A stretch of 64,000 bases of DNA from Podarcis tiliguerta (taxonomy: Eukaryota), in the NCBI GenBank assembly GCA_965153285.1, contig OZ229110.1; one strand, written 5' to 3'. Below are positions 40,241 through 52,335 of this stretch, in pieces. Each line of letters starts with the position of its first letter. The first letter of the stretch is position 1. A program made the translations under genes and the position numbers. The notes below the pieces were generated by a model. That model did no database searches. It saw nothing but the letters and a program-made list of their open reading frames with translations, and had not been told where the DNA came from.

Positions 40241-40391
40241 CATGGATCCAGCGCGCCACATCAGAAGGGTCACTGTGCTCTTCTGCTGCTTCAGCAAGTT
40301 TATGGCTGGATGTGCTATTTCTCGGTACTGGCTCTCAAAGACAATGAAGATTGGCCTCCGGGATAGTTCCAGCAGCCTCCAAAGACCTTCC
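40241..40391 (-). CDS. SIGIRR: SIGIRR TIR exon ([50 protein letters not shown])
   Basis: Hand translation; tgcag| acceptor, ATG|gtaagt donor; 151 nt. Confidence 0.95.
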
Positions 40392-40972
40392 CTGCAAAAC
40401 CAGACAATTGGTTAGAGTCCTAAGCAAATCCACAACCAAACTATTGAAAAAGCTTTGAACCCAATCTAGTCACCCAAAATTTTAATTCTAAGCACGACTA
40501 GTTTCAGTTCAATGAAAACTTCAGGAACTGGTTTCAGAGGCATTAACACTAAACTGCCGTGCTTCATATCCAGATATATGAGAGAGATTCTGGGTGTTGT
40601 GATTGGAGGTGTATACAGAAATTGGATAAATTCAGAGGCCCTTCTAACCATAGATAGGAGAGCCAGGAACATACTCCCTCCTGCCTTCCTACTCCCTTCT
40701 ACCTTCCCTCCTCCTCTTATGAGTACAACTTATTGGAACACTTGACTGGTTTGACAAGCCATAGTTTACCAGGACAACCAAATAAGCAAACTGTGATTTT
40801 AGTGATCCCTCCAAATCAGAATTGCACATACTATTTGCCTGTTTGGTCAACTTGGTCAACTTTCTATTAAACAAGGTGGGCAATAGGAGGGAGTGCACAC
40901 TTGAGTCATTCCTGATCCTCCAAAAATGAAAGGAGGATCAGAGAACTTGTCTCTATCACTGACTCTAATTAC

Positions 40973-41075
40973 CTGAAATTATTGTTGCACCATTCCTGTT
41001 CCAGATATGCATTAGAGAGAACCACAATGAGGCGGCGGCACCGGCTGACATTCATAATCAGATCTGCAGAAGGTT
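40973..41075 (-). CDS. SIGIRR: SIGIRR TIR exon ([35 protein letters not shown])
   Basis: Hand translation; ttcag| acceptor, CAG|gtaatt donor; 103 nt. Confidence 0.95.
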
Positions 41076-42556
41076 CTGAAAGAGAGGAGAAAAACTAAAT
41101 CTCTTCTGAGAAGGGCCAGAACCATTGGTTTTGGATGTGAGTGCCTCTGGTGGAATACTCAGGACATTAAAAAATAAATAAATGAAGAGTATACTCAAAC
41201 ATTGCATTTTTTTATTATTAGACACACCACAAAGAGCACAAATGCTGTTTTGTGGTGTATTCTTGTTTAACCAGAACTGTCCACTGTGCACAGCATTACA
41301 GAATATGGAGGAGCTGCATTTTGTACACAGCTTGTTTTGCATCCCCATGCAAATGGATGCTGCATACTTTTTATAGAAGTTTTATTAAACAAAACAGTTG
41401 AAGATAAGAACAAATGGTCTGAAGGCACATGATTACAGTGATATCGCTGAAGCCAGAACAGTGGTGGCCCTGTAAACTGCCTGGATAGGAACTACACTTC
41501 ATGCTCTTTGGAGGAAGATTAAACAAGCTGTGCCCAAAATAAAGAAACAACACATTGTCAAACATATGCAATAACAGCCTGGAAACGTGGAGGCACAGGG
41601 AGAGGCAGCGGGCCAGCACAATGAAATGCATATCTGCAAGGTCATGCAAGTTAAGCAATGCATCATGCCACAGACTTTGAACAGGTGTAGAAAGCCCACC
41701 AGTTGTGCTGAGCATATACTGGGCAGATTGTGAATACATCCTACTTAATATGCAAATAGAACCTAACTGTGAACAACTGGGTGGTTAAGGAGAATACATT
41801 TTTCTTCGTACAACAGAGAGCCTGTCTATAAAATATTCAGCTCCTACTTTGCACAGCTTTGCCATTATTGGTGTTTAGAATTAAAGCTATTTTAGGTTGC
41901 TTCAGATGCACAAAATAGTGTGCCAAAGGACAAAGTAATTTTTCAGAGCCATACTTTTGCATCTATTAAGTAGCAAAGTGCAGCATTCAACAGGCTTCAT
42001 TTCATATACTGCATTGCAATGTTTGTGGCCCTTTTCTTCACTCTGAAAAAGGATACAGATGTGAAGCTGGGATCATATATGAAATGCACAATGGTGTCCT
42101 GAATGTACACACCTGCCTGTATTCTAATATCTCAGTCAGATATAGCACTGCACTATGTTTTACATCTTTCCAATCTACCTTGGAAATAGGGACATGGATT
42201 AAGCTGTACTTGAAATGAAGAATGTTGCCCTGAAGTTGCATACCAACTTTCATCCTGCTGTCTCAGTGTCTAATAGAAATAGTGTTTTTTTGCATTCTCC
42301 TCCTCTTGTTTGAAAATGGATGCAAGAGCTAACCTGATATTCAGACTTAGTGTGTGTACCAATTTCAATTTGATATTTTAACACTTAATAAAGCTATCAT
42401 ATTAAACATAGGATGCCAAATGGGCAAATTAAACTGAACGTTTCTCTTCATTTAGCCAACTAATCCATTTCAGATAAGTTATTTGCAGCCTGAACTCAAC
42501 AGCAAGTCTGAGTGCCCAGGTACATATTAAATGAGGTGTTGGACAAGGTTCTATAC

Positions 42557-42700
42557 CTGAATTGGGCAGGATGTCTTTATCATCCAGGAAAATCTTGTAG
42601 CCGTGACGATTCTCCAGCTGTGGCTTCACTATGAAGTTGACAAACTTTCTATCATCCGTTGAGTTAGAATAAGACACATAGGCATCATATAGCTTTCCAT
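42557..42700 (-). CDS. SIGIRR: SIGIRR TIR box 1 exon ([12 protein letters not shown]...[11 protein letters not shown])
   Basis: ORF 42429-42809; cacag| acceptor, CAG|gtatag donor; 144 nt. Confidence 0.97.
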
Positions 42701-42887
42701 CTGTGGGAAAGTACCAAGGGGAGAAATTTATTATAATTTTTTTTAAAAAACAACAACAACAAAACCTGTGCTGACTAGCTATAACAGGATAATTCTTGTA
42801 GAAGTTCACACTTTGGGTTGGACTGTCAGTGAAACTCGAATCTCACAAGGGGAAAAGTGACAGCCAACTCTCCAGCCCAATATTTAC

Positions 42888-43028
42888 CATTGATCTCCAC
42901 TTCTCCATGACGGTTTCTGTACCAGAGGAGCACATTCAGACGGCACTTCACATACATCACAGCCATTAGTAACAGCAGTGCCACAGTGAAAAGTGCAGCT
43001 AGCACAGCGCCCAAGTGCCCAGCAGTCT
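42888..43028 (-). CDS. SIGIRR: SIGIRR transmembrane exon (GHLGAVLAALFTVALLLLMAVMYVKCRLNVLLWY...GEVEIN)
   Basis: ORF 42826-43188; hydrophobic helix followed by YVKCRLNVLLWY; CAGCAG tandem acceptor (start 43031 or 43028); ATG|gtaaat donor. Confidence 0.95.
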
Positions 43029-44480
43029 CTGCTGTAATAGAAAGACATATTTTAAATAGCATTAAATGAGAAAACAGCCTTATAATTGATAGCATGGTAG
43101 AGAAAAGAGGAAGAGAAGAGTTGGGTTCTATGGTCTCCGAATATACCAAATTATAAAGAAAATGAGGGGTTATGTCATTCTTGAACAATTTTTAGTATCT
43201 TGATGACTGTTCTGACTATCAGAATGTGCAACCATGATGAGGAAGAGATGAGCAGAAGCTAAAAGACAGATTTATTCTGGTATCACATTGTTAGATCACC
43301 CTCCAAATTTTGCAAGTATCTCCTTTCACAAGATGCACATGCAGAAGTAAATCAAAGGTTTTCAGAGTAAAGATGTGCATGAACTAAATTATTCACATTC
43401 TCCAGTGCCAATTCAATTTCTTCCTGCAAGTGCGCGGGCATGTTCATTTAGACTTTTTGTAAAACACTCTGGAATACACTGTTAACTGAGCCATTTGCTG
43501 AATGTTGCTTTAAAATACACTGAGGCTCCAATCTCAGAATTGCTCCATCAGCCTATGGAAACTTCCAGATGGAGGAATTTGAAAGTGTTCAAGCATGCCA
43601 AAACAGCTGAGTTGCTTGGGGGGCAGCCTAGTAGCACGTTTGCTTTGGTGTGCAGAACCATTTGAGGCTGTGACTGATTGAAAACCTCAGAAAAGTTTCT
43701 ATTGTCTGCTGGTGCCATCATGTGGCAATTTTCTGCCATCAGATTCACTGATGACGCCATCATAAAATTGCTCTTGTAAACTGAGCCCCTAAAGCCTGCA
43801 TGGAGCAATACTGAGGGCACTAAAGGCTGTCTTTATATTAAACTCCTCTAGAGACATGGTAAGTCTGGTTCAAAGCCCTTTTTAGCAACCCTGCTACCAG
43901 TTAGAGCAAAAACATATTCTAAAATCTAAGAAGAGGATCAGGTAGGCTCAGCCGAGTTTCTTGAATTCCAAGATAAAACAGGGGAAACTTATTCAAAAAA
44001 AAAGGAAGGCATCTAGATACAGCATAAAAGCAAATACTCTTATCACCCCAGCTAGACTTCAGTCTATCAGATGGCCATGCATGGGCTAAAGTAAATTACT
44101 CTGTTTTTTAAATGAGAACAGTTAGTTTCTATACAGAAAATTAAGTCTTGCTTCTTCCTTAAAGAAGGAAAGCCAAGCTGAGATACCCAGTTCATAAATT
44201 CTCAGAGGGTCATACAATACTTTAGAATTTTGAACTAAGCCATCTTAGTTCAAAACTATGTTTCTTCCCCCCAAAAACACATTTGCCTTTGCAAACATGC
44301 CAAGAGTGATCTGAACAGTGGCACTACAAAGTGAAAAATGTGGACTGAATTATAAACTGAATGTATAGTGAAGCTGTCACACCTCTATAAACTCATTGTG
44401 GGTCAAACTCTGACCAGATTCTATGATACCCATATCCTCAATAGACCATACTGAATCCTGTACATTGGACCTAAGGATGT

Positions 44481-44790
44481 CATAGAATCATAGAATCATA
44501 GAGTTGGAAGAGACCACAAGGGCCATCGAGTCCAACCCCCTGCCAAGCAGGAAACACCATCAGAGCACTCCTGACATATGGTTGTCAAGCCTCTGCTTAA
44601 AGACCTCCAAAGAAGGAGACTCCACCACACTCCTTGGCAGCAAATTCCACTGTCGAACAGCTCTTACTGTCAGGAAGTTCTTCTTAAAGTTTAGGTGGAA
44701 TCTTCTTTCTTGTAGTTTGGATCTATTGCTCTGTGTCCGCTTCCCTGGAGCAGCAGAAAACAACCTTTCTCCCTCCTCTGTGTGACATCC
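44481..44790 (-). mobile_element. CR1 LINE 3' fragment
   Basis: (CATAGAAT)n, the reverse of the CR1 ATTCTATG tail; ORF 44560-44763 KNFLTVRAVRQWNLLPRSVVESPSLEVFKQRLD is a typical CR1 RT C-terminus. Confidence 0.92.
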
Positions 44791-44809
44791 ATATATTTGA
44801 ACAAGTTTC

Positions 44810-44813
<4 letters not shown>

Positions 44814-44842
<29 letters not shown>
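44814..44842 (+). repeat. (AC)n microsatellite
   Basis: Direct observation. Confidence 0.95.
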
Positions 44843-44845
<3 letters not shown>

Positions 44846-45586
44846 CCATTCCAAAGCACACACATAATGTGTGAAATGGCCCTTAGCATCTCACATACAC
44901 CAATGGAGAAATGAAATAATGATGCTGAGCCATGGATCATTTCTAGACTGTAATTAGAAAATGTAATCCAAAACACTTAGGCTACTTGAGTCTCAAGAGG
45001 AGGCAGACAGAATATAAATCACATTCAATTCCTCAGCTGCTGCACAATCTCAGATTTATCTAGTTCTGCCATTTTAATGACAAATGTACAAAGCAAATGC
45101 AAGCTCAGTTATCACACTTGCCCCTCCCATCATGCTTCAGATAAGAAGCCCTTCTAAAGATAATTAAATTAAAAAGAGTTTAAAGTATTGCATTCATGTT
45201 TATTTGTCATCTTGTTAACCAAAGTGCAGAACTGCTCTGGGGTGGGGTCAAAGATTTGTGTGTAAGAGAGAGACACTTCAAAGGCATCAGCCAATCAATG
45301 CTGCACACAGCCATATTCTTATCTATTGGTTTTCAGAGGTCAACTCTGAAACGGAAATTTACATTTGGATTGAATGCCATAAGTGTGTTTTCAGAGTAGT
45401 CTGACAACTCTTAAAAAAAAAAAGTATCTCCAACTCTCATTTCAGAAATACTAATGGGAATTCTACTATGGAATACAGTTAGTGAGTAGAAGAATCTTTT
45501 TTGAACAACTTAATAAAGATAAGCTTCAAATAAGGTACTGGGCCCACACCCAAATGCACATGGTATGAAGTACAAAGAAATGCTAC

Positions 45587-45717
45587 CTGATTTTTGCAGT
45601 GTGAAAACTGCTGTACTGTTTCTAACCCAGCAGGCAAATGCTCCATAATTTTCATCTGTTGTTATATTCATATCCAAAGTGCTGGAGATGAATATCTCTG
45701 ATTTATTGTCATTGAAC
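45587..45717 (-). CDS. SIGIRR: SIGIRR membrane-proximal Ig domain, second half (FNDNKSEIFISSTL...YGAFACWVRNS...)
   Basis: ORF 45510-45728; matches the SIGIRR YGAFTC motif; 131 nt, phase 2 to 1. Confidence 0.93.
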
Positions 45718-46722
45718 CTGGGGTGCAAATAGAAGAAGATTTAGGTTAGCACTGATTGAAAACAAACACTAGGAAATTTCAGTCAGAACCGGACAGGAAG
45801 GAAACTCAGAGGGCTCCACCCTATCAATCTTGGATTATACCAAACATTAAATTTGGACAAGGAATGAAAGGAATGAACTGTGAGTTGGTAACAAGAGTGT
45901 TCATTTTGAGTATCTATGATCTGGAAATACTGTCACTATTTTATCACGTTGGCCTTTGAAAACCTTTTCTTCCACAAAAACTAGTAGAAATTTGGGGACT
46001 TTCAAAATCATCTTTTTCCTTGTTCTTTTAAAGCAATGGATTAATTGTGGTTGCTTAGTTGTATGGGATCCCATTGTCTTACATAAAAGTACTTACTTTG
46101 TGGAACTATAGTAGCAATGTCCTATTGCTTAAAGTGCATTTTTTTCTTACTAGTGAAATGTCAATTTTTCTTCTCCCAGCTACAGCCTCCATGCCATTAT
46201 TGAGTGATGTACAAAATATTATATGAGTTCACAGTAACCTAGTAGAACATATCTATGACCCCACTGATAACGTACAACACAAGTCCCCTGCAGTGGGAAC
46301 ACTAAAATAAAGGGGGTGTTCATGAAACCAGATTCGTTCTGAAGCCACAAACATCTGAAAGGGTCTTCTTCCTCTCCCTCTCCCTCTGCCTCCCCATTGA
46401 AGACTGATACATAGAGCATTCTCTTAAGCTCTTCTCCAGGGCTTAAGTGTGCAATTTTCTTTTTAACAGAAACACAATCTCCCACTCTCACTCAATCTCA
46501 CCCTACTACAGCAAAGATATATCCTCCCATTGAAGTATATATATTACACTACTGCCCCTATTCCACAAACCTATAAGGCTAATAGTATACATAAGCCCTT
46601 AAAGATCCACCATTATCTTCAGAGTCTGGGAGACACTATTTTAATTCGTTTCTCTCCCTTTTGTTTCTTGTTTATACAGCCAATTTAGCTTTATTTTCCA
46701 TTATACATAAAAGCCTTCTTAC

Positions 46723-46912
46723 CAATGAGTAGAAGCAGCATAGGTCTCGTTGTCAAGCAACTGGTCATCTTTCATCCAATGGAGGCCAAAATCACAGCTT
46801 TTCTTGTAGGGCAGCTGCACAGTGCAGTTCAGTGTAAACTGGCTTCCCAAATCACGTTGCAAAGTCAGGTTGCTGGAGGGGTAAAGGAAACGAGGAAGGA
46901 CACTGCAAATAT
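46723..46912 (-). CDS. SIGIRR: SIGIRR membrane-proximal Ig domain, first half (DICSVLPRFLYPS...LGSQFTLNCTV...HWMKD)
   Basis: Hand translation aligns with SIGIRR VCDRAPDFLSPS..LGSSVALNCT..QWLKD; caacag| acceptor, TG|gtaaga donor; 190 nt. Confidence 0.93.
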
Positions 46913-48361
46913 CTGTTGGGAAAACAAAAACAGTACACCGTAAGAGAGCTTTTCAATGAGAGCACTGAACTTCCAGACTGCATAGTGCAAATCTTATATT
47001 GGCTATTTAGGTCTGGCTAACATAACAAAGAAAGTCAAGCTACTCTTGTCCCTGTGACCCTGCACCTAAGCACAATCTCCCTTGCACAGTGGGTTCGCCG
47101 ACTTAACTAGAGAAATTGCTGAGTATAACCTCTCTCTCAAGGCTGGTTCTGCAGTTCTGATTTGACTTGAGAAAACAATGAGAAATTCAGTAAGGACTAT
47201 AGTGGGAAAGACAGAATGTTCAGGTTATCTGGAAAGCATGTCATGTCCCATAATAGAGAAATGCCCAGGATAAAGGGGTATGCACATCACAGAAGTGCTG
47301 AATATGAGATATGGTATTAATTATTAACTTTTGAAGTCCTAGTGCCAGTACTTTAATTATTCTCACTGCCTGTTCAGAGTCCAGCACAGTGCTGTTCTTC
47401 CCCCTCTGTCTTTCATACTGTCAACTCATTCATCCATGCTAAATATTTTCAGCATATGTGACACATTTTCAGCATATGTGAGCGTGCGTTTTTTTAATGA
47501 AGAACTTTCTGAATCCTATTGCGGAAAATAGGGTGTTTAAGGTCACACTGCATTAAAAACTAGAATATGTCACAGGTACTTGTCCCTAATTTTCCTTTCC
47601 CTTACGTTCCCTTAAATTCTGAAAAGGCGAACTAGGCCATCATGGCCATCATTTTTTAAAATGTAAAGGCTCTCCCTTCTGTAGGTACCTCGGTGTGTAT
47701 TGGACTCATTTCCAAACTTTACCTTTATTTAAAAGGGAGAACAATACAAAAAATATTCTTTTTAGAGCCCATATCCAGTCCTTAGCCAATTCAGGAGAAC
47801 TTCCTGAGAAACCAGCAACTACCATCCTTATCTTAATGAATAAAAAAAATTGAAGAGTACAATCCTATACAAATCTTCTCAGAAATAAGACCTACAGTGC
47901 TTAGCAAGCCTGACTTCCAGGTCTCAGGATGTGTGTGCAGGATTTCAGCTCAAATGATGTATGATCTCCCTCTGACCATCTTTAGCTAATTTATGTTTCT
48001 AATAGCATAATGAAGTGCTCCAAAATGGTGATCCATCCTAGTTTAAGTGCACTATAAAAGATTAAGCAGAGACAAAAACACACTTATCTGTCCCAACAAG
48101 TCTGCTATTTTTTTTTAATCTCAGCATATATATTTTTTTAAACCTGTCTTTCCCCATTTCAACTCTGACAATGCAACTAGCAAATGGGGGACGGAGTGAG
48201 CTTATCTTGGTAGCTTCAGGTACCTCTCACCACATTTTAGGTACTATCACTTGTTATCACAGCTTTAGAAACATTAAGTCTTTTCTCTCTCTCCTAAACT
48301 GTGTCTCCACCACAGTGAAGCCTTCGTCAGGTTTATCTGTTTACACAGTTCTATCCGCCAG

Positions 48362-48435
48362 TAAAGCGAGATGAGCGCCGAAACCTCAGAGTCATCCCTG
48401 ACTGGACCAAACAGTCAGGGGTCCCTTTACCTTTA
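48362..48435 (+). mobile_element. Sauria SINE 3' fragment
   Basis: gagatgagcgccg...ggggtccctttaccttt matches the SINE tail. Confidence 0.7.
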
Positions 48436-48893
48436 TATGTCATCTTAGATATAACATAAAATGCAAAGAAGGCTCAGAAAGAGCTCCGTGTCTGCCTTTT
48501 TCTCCCAGGTAAAAGGAAGCCCTCTTCAGCAACAGCCACACATACAGTCACAGACATCAACCCACCAACTTCTGGTTGACAATGCATAATTTGGATCATA
48601 GCACTTGATAAATTGGCTCACATCCCCAGGGCTTATCTAATGCCATAACTTATTTGAGTATGATCAGTACCTTATGTTTAGGTGAAAACGGACAAAATCA
48701 TGCCCTACATAGTTAGATACTTCACAGCTACTATGTGTCTAATGAGCAACATAGGTTCCAGACTTAGGTAGACAAGTGGCCCATCTTGAAAGAGTAGCAA
48801 TACTGCTTCTCCTGGGATGGGCCCAAGAGGAGACGTCAGTGTTAGGTTAGGGATCCAAAGGCATGTTTGCAAATTCCCACTTCTTTCACTCAC

Positions 48894-49241
48894 CTGCCAT
48901 GACCAGCCGGACAGTGAAGGAGCTGTTTCTCTGATCGTTCAAGTAGAGCGTGCAGGTATAGTTGCCTGCATCGCTGGCATTTGCGTGCTCAAAGGTGAGG
49001 TATGTTGTTGTGTTCTGCAGTGTGCTGTGCAGGTGGCTTAACGCGGTGAAGTTAAGCAGATGACAGTTTTTGCTCCACTGGATGCTAAAGTTTGAGGTAG
49101 ACTGAAGAAGCTGGAGGCTCTGGTTATCCAAAGGGCAGAACAAATGATTAACCTGTTCTTGCTGGGTCCAAATGGTGTGATCATAGAAGTGATCTGGGTC
49201 CACACACGATAAATTAGATGAAACCGTCAGCGAAAAGAATT
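48894..49241 (-). CDS. SIGIRR: Extra N-terminal Ig-domain exon (IL-1R domain-2-like) of the SIGIRR locus
   Basis: Open 348-nt phase 1-1 exon (tttag|AA ... GCAG|gtgagt) with C..CP..QWSKNC..DAGNYTC..FTVRL Ig pattern; in frame with the next exon. Confidence 0.85.
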
Positions 49242-50556
49242 CTAAATAAAGCAAAGCAGTTAAATTGCAACTACTTCTGTGATGCCTAATCCAACCTACA
49301 TTTCTACAGCAAGCACAGAATACGCAACTCCAACAGCAACCAAGTCATTCATGCCCAACCAGGTCATAGACACTGCCCCCCTGGCTGAACTTACTTTTAA
49401 TATGCATACCATGTGATGGCTCCTGAAAGACTGTTTAAAGTGAATTTACTATAGAGAAGAGAGATAAATATTTATCATCCTGATAACAAGATCAGCTAAC
49501 TATGTGATTCTAACTAGAACTCTATCTATGCCATAGATTCCTTATTTATAATGAACAGAGAACAAATTGATAATAAGGGCATTAACACAATGATCACATT
49601 CAACAACCCTCCTCATAACACACACACCACACACAAAAATGCTAGGAGAGGCAATGCGCTGAAGCAAGCACTATAGAAAAAGGAAAGAACAGGGGGGAAA
49701 CCTAGCCAACCAAATACTGCTAATGTATTAAAAAAAGCACTGGTGGTATTCACTGGTCATTTGCACACCTGGAAACTTTTTTTAAAAAGATACTATAATT
49801 ATAATAAGTGCTTCAGAGCTACACGTTCAAAGGAAAAGCAATCAACCTTCAAAAAAACCTGTACAACACAGTACATTTTGCTGAGCATAAAGTTGCATGT
49901 CTATATACTTGTTAGTATTTGATATGAACTGGAACTGGAACAATGAAGTACATGAAATGGATGCACTTGTTTGTCCATGACAGTGAACCTCCACCTTATT
50001 TGATACCATTTAGAAATAGATAGAGGTTCTGTATCTTTTCCAGTGGTCAGACATATCCAGTTTAGCTGCTATAAACAAAAGTTGATAAGTCTTTGTAAGA
50101 ATAATAATCATTTTCAGAAATGTCCAGAAGTACAAAGCATAAATCATGTCTGACTGATCAATACTATTTTGGTGTGGGGTGACTTCCAAGTAAAATTCAT
50201 TTTGCACACATGGCCATCACATATGATAGTTAAATGACCTAAGTACCATCTATGTACCAGTTCTAAAATAGTCTCCCTCATGTTAGCAGATAAATTTAAA
50301 TGGGAATTTATTCCACATTGCGCTCTACTTGCCAAGTGATGTAGCACATGGAACATAATTTTCTCATGCAGTTCTCAATTAAGAGTAACTTATGTATTTG
50401 AGACCTTTTTATGTGTTGTTTGTATGCTATAAGCAACCAGAGATTCAAACCCAACTTCAAGGGCTCTGGTTGCCTGTTGATGGACTATTCTGGAGGCACC
50501 CAATGGTTCTTGACTACCACTGCTGGTGTAACAGTAGGCATAAATATGCAACTATA

Positions 50557-50936
50557 GGGAATAGGTGGCGCTGTGGTCTAAACCACTGAGCCCCTTGGGC
50601 TTGCCAATCGGAAGGTCAGCGGTTTGAGTCCACGCGATGGGGTGAGCTCCCATTGCTCTGTTCTAGCTCCTGACAACCTAGCAGTTCGGAAGTATACCAG
50701 TGCAAGTAGACAATTAGGTACTGCTGTGGCAGGAAGGTAAATGGCGGTTCCCTGGGCTCTGGCACTCGTCATGGTGTCCCATTGTGCCAGAAGCGGTTTA
50801 GTCATGCTGGCCTCATGACCCGGAAAGCTGTCTGTGGACAAACGCCAGTTCCCTAGGCCTGAAGCAAGATGAGCGCCGCACCCCAAAGTTGCCTTTGACT
50901 GAACTTAACCATCCAGGGGTCCTTAACCTTTACCTT
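50557..50936 (+). mobile_element. Sauria SINE (older copy)
   Basis: Homologous to 19273; ACCTTT tail; degenerate TSD taaatatgcaactata / taaatacgcaactcta. Confidence 0.88.
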
Positions 50937-51987
50937 GCCTAAATACGCAACTCTACTAAAGTTAATGCCACTGCTGGCAGAACGTCAAGTGAGAACTCAT
51001 ATTCAAGTGAGCACTTCCATTATCAAAGGTTTTCACTGTTGGTGGGACAGCAGTCCTATATATACAATGAATTGTTCACAACTATGATGTTCTGGCAGAA
51101 ATGGCAATAACTTTAGTAGATGCAAACACAGTTGTTAAAGTGCCACTGACTACTGTGATGCTTTGTCCTGAAAACACTCCAAATAAGCATTACTGCATTA
51201 TCATCATTGTTGCAGCTGTTGTTAAAGTTATATGAATGAAATTTCCCAGGTGGAAACTGAATTGCTTTGTATATGAATGGCTTCTTTTTTTGCTAACACA
51301 AAAGTTACATAGGATTGCAGTTCTATACCTTACAAGGGAGTAAAGCCCACTGCTCAGCATCTGAATACATGTAGCCTAATCCTACACATCTTTTATTGCT
51401 CTTGTCTGTTCTATCATGACCATAATTATTCTACAAAGAACTGCCAGAGTAGTACTGCCACAAAATTTCATTTCATTATTTCATCCTTGTATCCATAAAC
51501 TATGAATAAAACAACAACACCCTACTGTGACTGGGCTGGGTCCCTTCAAGTATGCATAATATGTTGCCTTTGTCTGCTAGACAAACATTCCCATACCTGA
51601 TCAGGAAGAAAATGAAGAAAGAAATGCTGCTCTTTTTGCTTACACACAGGAGCTGTTAAGTACACACCCAACCATCAGATAGTGGGAGGGAGTAAACGGC
51701 AGGTATGGATCCCAGCATTAAGAAGCAACCAAAGACTTATCTCAGAGGGTGCTAATTCTCATAGGGTCCTTTCACAAATATTTCACATACTGAATGCTGA
51801 TTTATAAATGGATTGTGTCACAGCAGGATACACTTACCATGCAGCTTAATTCAGGGCCGTTTCCACTATCATCCCTCATGCTTTTTGCACAGGTAGTGCT
51901 TTTGGTACAAGAATATCACATTTTCAGAGAAGTTACTCAAGCCAGTGCACTGTTGTACTGGTCAAATACAGCATATTTCTGACTCCT

Positions 51988-52335
51988 GGTCAACAAAAGA
52001 GGTTTAAAGACTGTCTCGAGGTAAATCTAAAAAAATGTAGTATAAACACTGACAACTGGGAAACACTGGCCTGCGAGCGCTCCAGTTGGAGAACAGCCTT
52101 TACCAAAGGTGTCATAGGCTTTGAAGACACTCAAACTCAGGACGCAAGGGAGAAACATGCTAAGAGGAAGGCATGCTTGGCAAATCCACACTGTGATCAA
52201 CTCCCGCCTGGAAACCAATGTCCCCACTGTGGAAGGACGTGTGGATCCAGAATTGGCCTTGACAGTCACTTACGGACTCACTGTTAAAACCGTGTTTATG
52301 GAAGACGATCTTACTCAGCTACAAGTGATCGCCAA
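51988..52335 (+). mobile_element. RTE-clade LINE 3' fragment
   Basis: Hand translation GQQKRFKDCLEVNLKKCSINTDNWETLACERSSWR...CPHCGRTCGSRIGLDSHLRTHC*, an RTE-type C-terminal C2H2 finger. Confidence 0.85.

Noticed and set aside
51838-51879. MRDDSGNGPELSCM as the SIGIRR N-terminus
   Set aside because: Ends in phase 0, incompatible with the phase-1 acceptors of both Ig exons, and is not hydrophobic
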